From the IMG/VR virus record IMGVR_UViG_3300023296_000874, positions 31,594 to 95,593 of that record: 64,000 nt of DNA. One strand, written 5' to 3'. How positions within the stretch are numbered: position 1 is the stretch's first letter; the number at the start of each line of letters is the position of its first letter. Shown in pieces: positions 51,944 through 59,451 of the stretch. The DNA comes from a virus. The notes beneath the pieces are model-generated. The model was given only the letters and a program-made list of their open reading frames with translations. It did not search any database and was not told the DNA's origin. Both the position numbers and the translations under genes were made by a program.

Positions 51944-52150
51944 TCAGTTGACGCCGGGGATGCTGAGGCCGACGTTCACGGGCTGCGGGGTTCCCTGCAG
52001 CTCATCGTGGCCGGTCACCTGGCCCAACGAACGGGTGAGGGTGAGGATCTTGGCGCAGGCCTGGGTCTGCTGGGTGCCCTCGGTCTTGAGGTCGGTCGTA
52101 ACCGTGCCCTTGTCGCCAATGCGGATCTCGTAGATGCTTCGCTCGCTCAT
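51944..52150 (-). CDS. Hypothetical small protein
   Basis: ORF track; promoter-motif copy 62 nt upstream. Confidence 0.45.
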   Translation of the reverse strand: MSERSIYEIRIGDKGTVTTDLKTEGTQQTQACAKILTLTRSLGQVTGHDELQGTPQPVNVGLSIPGVN

Positions 52151-52211
52151 GTCGTTGTCCTTCTGAAGTCGGTCCGGCTTGCTTGCCGGGCCAGGTTGCT
52201 TGCTTCCCCTC

Positions 52212-52242
52212 TAACGCGCTCACCTCGTGGAGAGTTAGAGAG
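52212..52242 (-). promoter_or_regulatory. Promoter-like motif TAACG-N17-GTTAGAGAG (palindromic variant)
   Basis: Motif family. Confidence 0.45.
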
Positions 52243-52630
52243 TTTCTTTTCGCTTTCTAATTCGAACCAGAGTCTGCTCTGCTACCGGACAAGATGGTGT
52301 TGTGCTTCTCGGCGTACCGTCTGCGGATTCCTCAGGAGCTTCGTAGTCGATCGTCAACCCTTCCCCATCAGTCTGGCTTGCTTCTGCTTCAAGAGCCACT
52401 CCCTCGGCGTGGATTTGTTCCACGAGGGCAGTAGGATCGCTGACAGACACGGCGCAGACGCGGAACGAGCACTTGCCGCCCGGCTCAATGTCGAGGCCCC
52501 GGATCACGGATGACTCAGGGAACACACCCGCGCGGCGCAGTTCATCAGCTCCAAAGCGGTCCAGTAGGAAACGGAGCAGCTCCGTCTCATCGATGGGCAC
52601 GGTCAGCTCTACTTTCTGAACATCAGACAT
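52235..52630 (-). CDS. Hypothetical protein
   Basis: ORF track. Confidence 0.5.
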   Translation of the reverse strand: MSDVQKVELTVPIDETELLRFLLDRFGADELRRAGVFPESSVIRGLDIEPGGKCSFRVCAVSVSDPTALVEQIHAEGVALEAEASQTDGEGLTIDYEAPEESADGTPRSTTPSCPVAEQTLVRIRKRKETL

Positions 52631-52934
52631 CTGCGAACACCACTCTGAGTCGGGATTTGATGATGGCTTCCACTTCCCACTTGCCCAGCGTGTACATCAG
52701 GCGGGGATCGGAACCCAGCCGGTCTTGAACGTACTGAAGCACTTCCACACGGAGGAGCTCGTACTGGTCTGTCGTCAAGACAACGTCGTGGGTCTGATAC
52801 CGGATTCGAACTCCAGCACCCTTCCGGTTGCCCGGTGTGGGATGCCCTACCTCGCAGAGGTCTCTGATCAGGGGAATGACGAGGGGTGTCAGCAACGTCT
52901 CAATCTGTAGTAGGTCGAGTGTGGCTGTCATCAC
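52623..52934 (-). CDS. Hypothetical protein
   Basis: ORF track. Confidence 0.45.
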   Translation of the reverse strand: MMTATLDLLQIETLLTPLVIPLIRDLCEVGHPTPGNRKGAGVRIRYQTHDVVLTTDQYELLRVEVLQYVQDRLGSDPRLMYTLGKWEVEAIIKSRLRVVFADV

Positions 52935-53425
52935 TTCCTCTTCTTGCCGGGGATGCGGATGGTGGCATTCTTGCCCACCTTCGCGTCAATAGCACCCGAA
53001 AAGTCCACACTCCATGGGTCCTGCTCAGGCGTCTCCCATTCCTTGTGCATGGTCGCAGCGGTAGGCGCTGACCAAGGGTCCTTCGGGCGCTGTGCGGCTT
53101 TCTGGGCCTTGTCGAGGTCATCAACCGCCGCGTCTACCTTTACGGAGGGCTCTACCACTGTGTCGGGGTCTGCGCGGTGTACGATCTCGTCCGGGTAGTT
53201 CGACAGCGGACTGAGTGGTTGTTCAGCCTCGGGATCTACGAACTCAAGGAGGTGCTCGTGTCGCTTGATCTTCGCCTGTGTGGCGTTGTCGGTGTAGCCC
53301 GAGCGGAAACATCGGTTGTTGACGCACCCTTGGGTACAGACGACAGCCACAAACTCGTCGATGTTGACCTTGCTTCCGGGGTTGCATTCCCCCATCAAGT
53401 CAACCTGGCCTCTTAGAGTCCCCAT
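52931..53425 (-). CDS. Hypothetical protein (Cys motifs GECNPGS...CTQGC)
   Basis: ORF track. Confidence 0.5.
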   Translation of the reverse strand: MGTLRGQVDLMGECNPGSKVNIDEFVAVVCTQGCVNNRCFRSGYTDNATQAKIKRHEHLLEFVDPEAEQPLSPLSNYPDEIVHRADPDTVVEPSVKVDAAVDDLDKAQKAAQRPKDPWSAPTAATMHKEWETPEQDPWSVDFSGAIDAKVGKNATIRIPGKKRK

Positions 53426-56001
53426 TCAACCGCCTTGTACTGGAAGTACTGTGAGTCCACCCTGATTTCACGGGTGGCGTTCAGCACGGCTCCCGTCTCA
53501 CTCTTGAGTACGAGCTTCGTGGTGCCTGAACCGGTCAGGATGAACAGAGCCTCGAGCTTCCGGAGCTTGTTCTTCGTGTACGGTCCGCACACTACGTATT
53601 CAAGCACCTCATCACCGGATGCAACAGTGGGAACCTCCTGAACCGGCTCCGGCTCCGCTTCCGGTGCGCTTCCGGAAGCTTCCGGTGCGGGCGCTGACGT
53701 CTCCACGTTCTCTGGAGTAGGTGGAGGAGTGGAAGCTTCCGGTGCGCTTCCGGATACTTCCGGAGCAGCAGGCGTCGGTGGTGCCTCACCTGCGGGCGTC
53801 GGGTCCTGGTCAGGTCCGTTGTAGGTGCGTCCGTCAAAGTAGAGGTCTCCGGGGTGCAGGGGCTTCACACCTTCTCGCAGACACTTCAGTACGGGAGCGG
53901 GCGGCTTCCATGCGTTGTTCGCTTCGCCCCAGTTCGATCCCCACTCGATGTCCACGGTCAGCGGGATCTTCCACCCCTTCGGTCCGCAGCGGCTCATTAC
54001 CAGGCCCAGCTCAGGCATGATGATGAACTTCATGCTGTCCCGCACCTCGAACACGATTTCATCGTGTACGGTGAGGAGGATGCGGCAGTCCTCGCGCCAG
54101 CCATTCCTCTCGATCAGCTTGTCGCACATCACCATCGCGATCTTCGTGATGTCTGCCGACGTACCCTGAACCACCGTGTTCACGGAGGTGCGCTCACCGA
54201 ACGAGCGGAGGCGCTTGTCGTCCTCCAACATCTCGGGGATCAGCCGGATGCGCCCGAACGAGGTCTTCACCATCTGGGTCTTGGCGGCTTGCGAGTGCTG
54301 CTTCTTGATCCACCGCTTGATGCCCGGCAGGTTGTCGAGGAAGCTCTTCTGGATGCGGTAGCCCTCATCCTCGGGGACGCCAATGTTGCGCGCCAGCGTC
54401 TTGCCACCGGCTCCGTAGAGGATGCCGAAGTTGACGCCCTTGCTCTTGCCACGGTACGGCTCTTCAGAGGTGCCGAACACCGCCACACTGGTCTGGGAGT
54501 GAATGTCCCCTACCTTCTCGTGACAGTAGGGGCAGTGATGCCATAGCGGGCTGTTGCCGATGATCTCGTAGTCGTCGCCGTACTTCTTCTTGCACTCGTT
54601 GTGGTTGAACTCGGTCACCCATTTCGACTCACCGCTCTGGTTGCCCGCAATGCGGAGCTCAACACCAGCGAAGTCGATCGCGGCAATGACGAAGCCGTCT
54701 CGAGCAATGAACCCCTTGCGGATATTCGGCTTGCCCTTCTTGACTTTCGGTACCGCCTGTGCGTTGACGCCCGTGTACCCCTGGTCGGAGCGTCCACCGG
54801 GAGCAGCAAACCGCCCAGTAGGAGCGCCACAAGCCATGATGCCGAAGCGGCCGTCGTTGAACTGGTCGACGTTGTTGATGAGGTTGTTGAGGTAGGTGCC
54901 GCGCAGCTTGAGGAGCTGTCGGTACTTCACCACCATCGTCAGAGCGGGATACTTGCCCTTGTACTTGGAGTCCAACTCCTCGAGCGTGCCCGCGTCTGTC
55001 TTCCACTGCGCGCCGCTGGGTGTCTTGCCCGCGTTGGGGACGCTGAGCTTGTCGAACAGGGCCTCACCGAGTGCCTTGGCACTCCCGATGTTGAGCTCGC
55101 TGTCGCCTACGAGCTTCCGGATGTCGGTCTCCATCTGCTCCGCTTCGAGCTTCAGTCCGTCATCCAAGCCCTGAAGGTAGTCAACGTCAATGCGGAACCT
55201 GTTGCGGCTCATGCGGCGCAAGACTCCAATCAACATCTTCTCGATCTTGTAGATCGTGCCCTGAGCCTTCAGGTTGAGGTTGTCCTTGTAGAGGTTCCAG
55301 AGGTGCCAGGTGCAGATGCCGTCACCGGAGGCATACACGTAGGCTTCCTCGGGGTGCAGCTCCTCGAACTGAGGGATCTTGGTCCCCTTGGGGAACAGGC
55401 TCTTGAACTCGATCATCTGCCAACCGAGAATGTCCTTGCTCTGCGACTTGAGGCCGATCCGCTTCCTGTTGCTGTCTACCAGCCAACCCATGACCTGCGT
55501 GTCGTCGAACTTGTCGGGCTGCTCCGGTACGTTGAAGCCCTCGCCCCACATCATCTCCGTGTCGAAGGTGGCGTTGTGGTAGATGCAGATGCAGTTGTCG
55601 AGTAGACGCTGGATCTGCTCAGCCACCGGCTTCCACGGGAGGTTTCCGTTGTCCGGGTTGGAGATGCTGTCGTGAGCGGAAACGTGCCTGACGGGCGCGT
55701 AGAAGCCGACCTCACCGTCGTAGCAGAGAGCGAACCCTACGATGTGGTGGACGGGTCTACCGCCTTCCAAGGGGTGTCCTCCGTAGACACGGGTATCCAG
55801 CCCCTGGGTCTCGAGGTCGATGACCACCGCGCCGGATGCAATAGCAGCATCCACCACTTCGGTCAGCACCGCGAGATCGTCGATCAGTACGAAGGCCTTC
55901 TCCTGCATCCATGGCTGGATGGCCTCTTCACTGAGCCCGCCTACGGCATTACCAAAGGGGTCGAATTGGACTTCAATGCCCTTCTTCCATTCACGAGCCA
56001 T
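53413..56001 (-). CDS. polA: Family-A DNA polymerase (Pol I-like) with 3'-5' exonuclease domain and an unusual ~155-aa C-terminal extension (Pro/Ala/Glu-rich linker plus small domain)
   Basis: Exo I VVIDLETQGLD. Motif B RGKSKGVNFGILYG. Motif C LTVHDEIVFE. C-terminal PTPAGEAPPTPAAPEVSGSAPEAS... followed by a ~65-aa globular tail. Confidence 0.9.
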   Translation of the reverse strand: MAREWKKGIEVQFDPFGNAVGGLSEEAIQPWMQEKAFVLIDDLAVLTEVVDAAIASGAVVIDLETQGLDTRVYGGHPLEGGRPVHHIVGFALCYDGEVGFYAPVRHVSAHDSISNPDNGNLPWKPVAEQIQRLLDNCICIYHNATFDTEMMWGEGFNVPEQPDKFDDTQVMGWLVDSNRKRIGLKSQSKDILGWQMIEFKSLFPKGTKIPQFEELHPEEAYVYASGDGICTWHLWNLYKDNLNLKAQGTIYKIEKMLIGVLRRMSRNRFRIDVDYLQGLDDGLKLEAEQMETDIRKLVGDSELNIGSAKALGEALFDKLSVPNAGKTPSGAQWKTDAGTLEELDSKYKGKYPALTMVVKYRQLLKLRGTYLNNLINNVDQFNDGRFGIMACGAPTGRFAAPGGRSDQGYTGVNAQAVPKVKKGKPNIRKGFIARDGFVIAAIDFAGVELRIAGNQSGESKWVTEFNHNECKKKYGDDYEIIGNSPLWHHCPYCHEKVGDIHSQTSVAVFGTSEEPYRGKSKGVNFGILYGAGGKTLARNIGVPEDEGYRIQKSFLDNLPGIKRWIKKQHSQAAKTQMVKTSFGRIRLIPEMLEDDKRLRSFGERTSVNTVVQGTSADITKIAMVMCDKLIERNGWREDCRILLTVHDEIVFEVRDSMKFIIMPELGLVMSRCGPKGWKIPLTVDIEWGSNWGEANNAWKPPAPVLKCLREGVKPLHPGDLYFDGRTYNGPDQDPTPAGEAPPTPAAPEVSGSAPEASTPPPTPENVETSAPAPEASGSAPEAEPEPVQEVPTVASGDEVLEYVVCGPYTKNKLRKLEALFILTGSGTTKLVLKSETGAVLNATREIRVDSQYFQYKAVEWGL
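53658..53754. repeat. 19-nt perfect direct repeat CTTCCGGTGCGCTTCCGGA (53658-53676 and 53736-53754) within the low-complexity linker-coding part of polA
   Basis: Exact match by eye; encodes the repeated SGSAPEAS peptide on the minus strand. Confidence 0.7.
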
Positions 56002-56049
56002 GGGGCGTCCTTGCTTGTAGGTTCATCATGTGCCCTCAAACGGCGAGGT

Positions 56050-56469
56050 TCACTCGCTTCCACCGTTCTTGTTTGCCACGCGGACCGCAATATATCCATC
56101 CCGCCACAGGTTGATGAGTTCCGTCAGCTCCGGGGAGTGCTCGTCGTTGGCGTCCACTATGCGGAGGAGGTCGCAGGCGTTGTTCCGCAGGTCCTGACAC
56201 TTCTTCTCGTGCCAGCCAAAGCAGCCCGGCCCCCAGAGATGACATCGCCTGTTCGGGACTCGGTCCAGACACTGCTTCGGGTAGTAGCGCACCTGAAGCA
56301 GCAGTGGAACCGCGTACCTGTCAAGGGCGAGGCGTATGTCATTGACGAGGACCAAACTGACGAGACTATCGACCCACTCAGGAGCGTCGGTGTACGCTAC
56401 CTGTGCTATCTTGTGTACCTTCTCGAACTCGTCGTAGACCGAGAAGCGTTGCGTGATGCTGAACTTCAT
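56050..56469 (-). CDS. Hypothetical protein
   Basis: ORF track. Confidence 0.5.
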   Translation of the reverse strand: MKFSITQRFSVYDEFEKVHKIAQVAYTDAPEWVDSLVSLVLVNDIRLALDRYAVPLLLQVRYYPKQCLDRVPNRRCHLWGPGCFGWHEKKCQDLRNNACDLLRIVDANDEHSPELTELINLWRDGYIAVRVANKNGGSE

Positions 56470-56548
56470 GCTCCATTTTACACTGGGATTAGGGCTCGAG
56501 CCGTGAAACAGAGGTCACATCAGTTCCATGACCCACGGAGGTCAATGA

Positions 56549-57442
56549 ATGTCTGAAGCCAATTCCACTGCGTTCCACCACAGCCCTGACGGCCACTGGG
56601 AATTCCACGACGGACGTGCGGTCTTTGAGAAGCTGCCCGCCAACCTGTACTCCCTGTCTACGGGGCGGTTCGGAGCTATTCATCTCGTACCCGCCACCAT
56701 GGAGGTAGACGAGGTGGTGCCCTTGCCGAACCCTCAGGCGCTCCGCGCCAAGACTCTCGCATCTCGCTTCCTTTCAGGGGAGTTCGATGAGAGCCTCAAG
56801 AGCATGGGCCTTCTGAAGAAGATGGCGATGTTGCTGTGGGGTGTGCCGGGGACAAGCAAGTCGGTGACGATCTTCGAGATCACCGGAGACGCCATCAGGA
56901 AGGGATGGATCGTCATCCGTGCCACCACGAACGTCGACCTACTGGTGGACGCCTTGCGCGCCATCCGTGCGGTTGAGCCGGATCGTGGCATCATGGTGAT
57001 CTGGGAAGAGTTCGAGGACGTAGTGACGCACCGGGAGGCTTCCTTGTTGGAGCTGCTCGACGGTGGGAACCAGATCCCCGGCGTCTTCTACATCATGACC
57101 ACCAACTACATCAAGATGATCCCGCCCCGGATCTTCCTCCGCATGAGGCGCATCCCCTTCCAGGTGGAGTTCATGTACCCCGGCGACGATGAGCGTCGTG
57201 CCTTCTTCAATGCGAAGATCCCCACCGCTCGCGCGGCAGAGATCGACGTAGAGGATTGGGTGATCAAGACGAAGGGCTTCAGCCTGGATCAATGCGCCCA
57301 GGTGATCCTCGCGGTGTTTGCTTTCCAGAGCACCATCGAGGCCGTCATTGAGGATCTCGCCTTGCGCTTGGCTGCCGTCGGTGCGGAAGATCCCGAAGCT
57401 GACGATGCCGAGGATGATGAGTACTACGAAGAGGATGAATGA
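56549..57442 (+). CDS. AAA+ ATPase with atypical Walker A (GVPGTSKS), acidic C-terminal tail
   Basis: Walker A LWGVPGTSKS, Walker B IMVIWEEFED, sensor-1-like MTTNY. Lone plus-strand gene, divergent from 56050..56469. Confidence 0.65.
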   Translation: MSEANSTAFHHSPDGHWEFHDGRAVFEKLPANLYSLSTGRFGAIHLVPATMEVDEVVPLPNPQALRAKTLASRFLSGEFDESLKSMGLLKKMAMLLWGVPGTSKSVTIFEITGDAIRKGWIVIRATTNVDLLVDALRAIRAVEPDRGIMVIWEEFEDVVTHREASLLELLDGGNQIPGVFYIMTTNYIKMIPPRIFLRMRRIPFQVEFMYPGDDERRAFFNAKIPTARAAEIDVEDWVIKTKGFSLDQCAQVILAVFAFQSTIEAVIEDLALRLAAVGAEDPEADDAEDDEYYEEDE

Positions 57443-57449
57443 GGGCCGG

Positions 57450-58187
57450 TTAGGAGTCCTTACGCTCCACCGGGAGTGTACTCCTGATGCCCCATGTGTT
57501 CTTCGCCCAGAAGGTCTCGAGTGCGAAGTAGCCGCCGAGCATGGTGATCTGGTACGTGAGAACGGGCACCCAAGGCACCGAGCCGAGTAGGGCGGTAAAC
57601 ACTCCCAGCATCACCACCGCGCTTGTTGTCCGGTACGTCAGGGCCTTGGCGGCGCTGCGCTTGGTCTCTACCTGATCGTCCTCGGTGATGCCGAAGTTGC
57701 TGTCGTGCCACAGGCGCTCATGCACCAGGCTGAAGAAGGTCATCATCACCGAGTAGCCGGTGAGCAGCCACAGGCTCAGTCCGAGCTTCCAAAGCACAAG
57801 GGAAAATACTCCGAGTGCGAGGGTGCGGTAGAGCAGCATCTTGGCTGCCGTCCGGTAGCCGGTGCTCATGGCGCTGCGGTCCGGTTCCCAAGGCACACGT
57901 CCACGGCACCGGTCGTAGGTGCGGAAGCCGAAGATGGCGATGGGGTACACGATGGGCTCACCGTGTAGGAGCAGCACGATGGGGATGAGCTCGGGGAGGC
58001 CGACGTTCCAGAGGATGATGGGGATCACCACGTCCTCGAACAGTTCCCACACCACGGCGAAGACGAAGAAGCGGGGGCCTTGGCTCTTGAGCAGCTTCTT
58101 GAGCTCGCGCCAAGTTTCGAAGATGTTGACCTTCTCCCAGATCTCTCCGGCAGCCCAGCACCATGCACGTCGTAGATGTTTCAGCAC
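57450..58187 (-). CDS. Polytopic membrane protein with two DUF2061-like repeats (KxLxYRT...LG). Start revised to a GTG with RBS GGAGG; the ORF-track TTG start lies upstream of the promoter motif
   Basis: AAKMLLYRTLALGVFSLVLWKLG and AAKALTYRTTSAVVMLGVFTALLG. Multiple TM helices. Confidence 0.55.
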   Translation of the reverse strand: MLKHLRRAWCWAAGEIWEKVNIFETWRELKKLLKSQGPRFFVFAVVWELFEDVVIPIILWNVGLPELIPIVLLLHGEPIVYPIAIFGFRTYDRCRGRVPWEPDRSAMSTGYRTAAKMLLYRTLALGVFSLVLWKLGLSLWLLTGYSVMMTFFSLVHERLWHDSNFGITEDDQVETKRSAAKALTYRTTSAVVMLGVFTALLGSVPWVPVLTYQITMLGGYFALETFWAKNTWGIRSTLPVERKDS

Positions 58188-58210
58188 TTCTGAACCTCCG
58201 TGTTGTACTG

Positions 58211-58240
58211 GAAACGCATCCAGTGTCCGGAAACTCAGAG
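58211..58240 (-). promoter_or_regulatory. Promoter-like motif AAACG-N17-CTCAGAGG upstream of the DUF2061-like membrane protein gene
   Basis: Motif family. Confidence 0.45.
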
Positions 58241-58246
58241 GTGTGG

Positions 58247-58513
58247 TCAATCGTCCTTGAAGAGCAGGTCGATGCGGTTGGAGGGCTGTACTTCCTCGAC
58301 ACCCTTGGCGGTGTCCTCAAAGGCCACTGAGAGGGTCACGTCGTAGGTGTTGACGTTGATGAGGTCTACGTCGTCCATCCGTGCAATCTTGGCTTCCATC
58401 CGTGCTACCGCAAGGGTGAGAGCCTGCTTGAGTGTGGTGCAACCCTCTTCAATCAGATTGCCGACGACCTCGTGGTCGATGTCGATGTGTAGCGTGATTT
58501 TACCGTGCGGCAT
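58247..58513 (-). CDS. Hypothetical protein; C-terminus ...NRIDLLFKDD (recurrent terminal motif)
   Basis: ORF track. Confidence 0.5.
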   Translation of the reverse strand: MPHGKITLHIDIDHEVVGNLIEEGCTTLKQALTLAVARMEAKIARMDDVDLINVNTYDVTLSVAFEDTAKGVEEVQPSNRIDLLFKDD

Positions 58514-59129
58514 CGAAGTCCTCTTCGGGGGGTAGCATGTCCCGAACCTTGCCTATCCACTGTAGGAGGCGCTTGTTGGTGGGGCCTGGCTTCTCGTCGT
58601 CGTACATGAAATAGATCTTGTCAAGTACATAGGACACACGAACGAACCTCTTCAGGCCAATCGATGTCCGATTGGTGCGGAGCATTGCCTCGCAGACGGC
58701 GAACTGTCTCTTGGGGTCCACCGCAACAACGCGGTTTGATATGCCCTTGAGCTCGTCAGCTACATCAGCCGCGAGTTCGATATCATCGTACCTGATTCGG
58801 TACTGTTGCTCGAGGTACCGGAGGGACTCAACGAAGCTGGCTTCACGCGCACGCTGGATGAAGCCGATCACGTCCAAGGGGCGTTCAGTACAGACCCAGC
58901 AGTAGTAGGTCTCGTAGTCGTCCCTCTCGCCTGCCGGGTAGTACCGAGCAGACGGCTTGAGGTCTTTGCCTGACTTGGCGTGGCTGGTGCTGAAGCAGCA
59001 GCGCATCTGAGCAGAGCGGTCCTCGAACCTGGGCTCAGCACCGTACTCAATCATCGCTGAGTGGAGCGATGCGGTCTCCTTCACCCGGTCAATGCGGTGC
59101 CGGAAGAAGTCCTCGCGGGACAGAAGCAT
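58500..59129 (-). CDS. Primase-type CHC2 zinc-finger domain protein (no TOPRIM domain in this ORF)
   Basis: RCCFSTSHAKSGKDLKPSARYY...YYCWVC resembles the DnaG zinc-binding motif CPFHxEKTPSF...YHCFGC. Confidence 0.55.
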   Translation of the reverse strand: MLLSREDFFRHRIDRVKETASLHSAMIEYGAEPRFEDRSAQMRCCFSTSHAKSGKDLKPSARYYPAGERDDYETYYCWVCTERPLDVIGFIQRAREASFVESLRYLEQQYRIRYDDIELAADVADELKGISNRVVAVDPKRQFAVCEAMLRTNRTSIGLKRFVRVSYVLDKIYFMYDDEKPGPTNKRLLQWIGKVRDMLPPEEDFDAAR

Positions 59130-59444
59130 TCAAGCAACCGCGCGAAGGAGGATCGGTACTACCTGCTCTTGTACCTCGACGGAGGGGATGGAGAACACGC
59201 GACTCATGCAGTGCTTGCACTTCATGATGTGGTTCAAGTGGCCGAGCGATGCGCTATCCCAATGGTAGCTCGCGTCTTGCACCGAGCTGTCGTCGGTATA
59301 GAGGCTGAGCCAGCCGAGAAGAGCTTCGTGACCCATGTAGGTGCAGGGGTCGGAGTAATCCGTCCCCACTACGAGCCTTTTGCCGTGGATGATGAGTCTG
59401 TCGTAGACTCTCAACATTCTCAGATGTGCTGTTACGGGTGCCAT
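59130..59444 (-). CDS. Hypothetical protein
   Basis: ORF track. Confidence 0.4.
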   Translation of the reverse strand: MAPVTAHLRMLRVYDRLIIHGKRLVVGTDYSDPCTYMGHEALLGWLSLYTDDSSVQDASYHWDSASLGHLNHIMKCKHCMSRVFSIPSVEVQEQVVPILLRAVA

Positions 59445-59451
59445 GTGGGTC

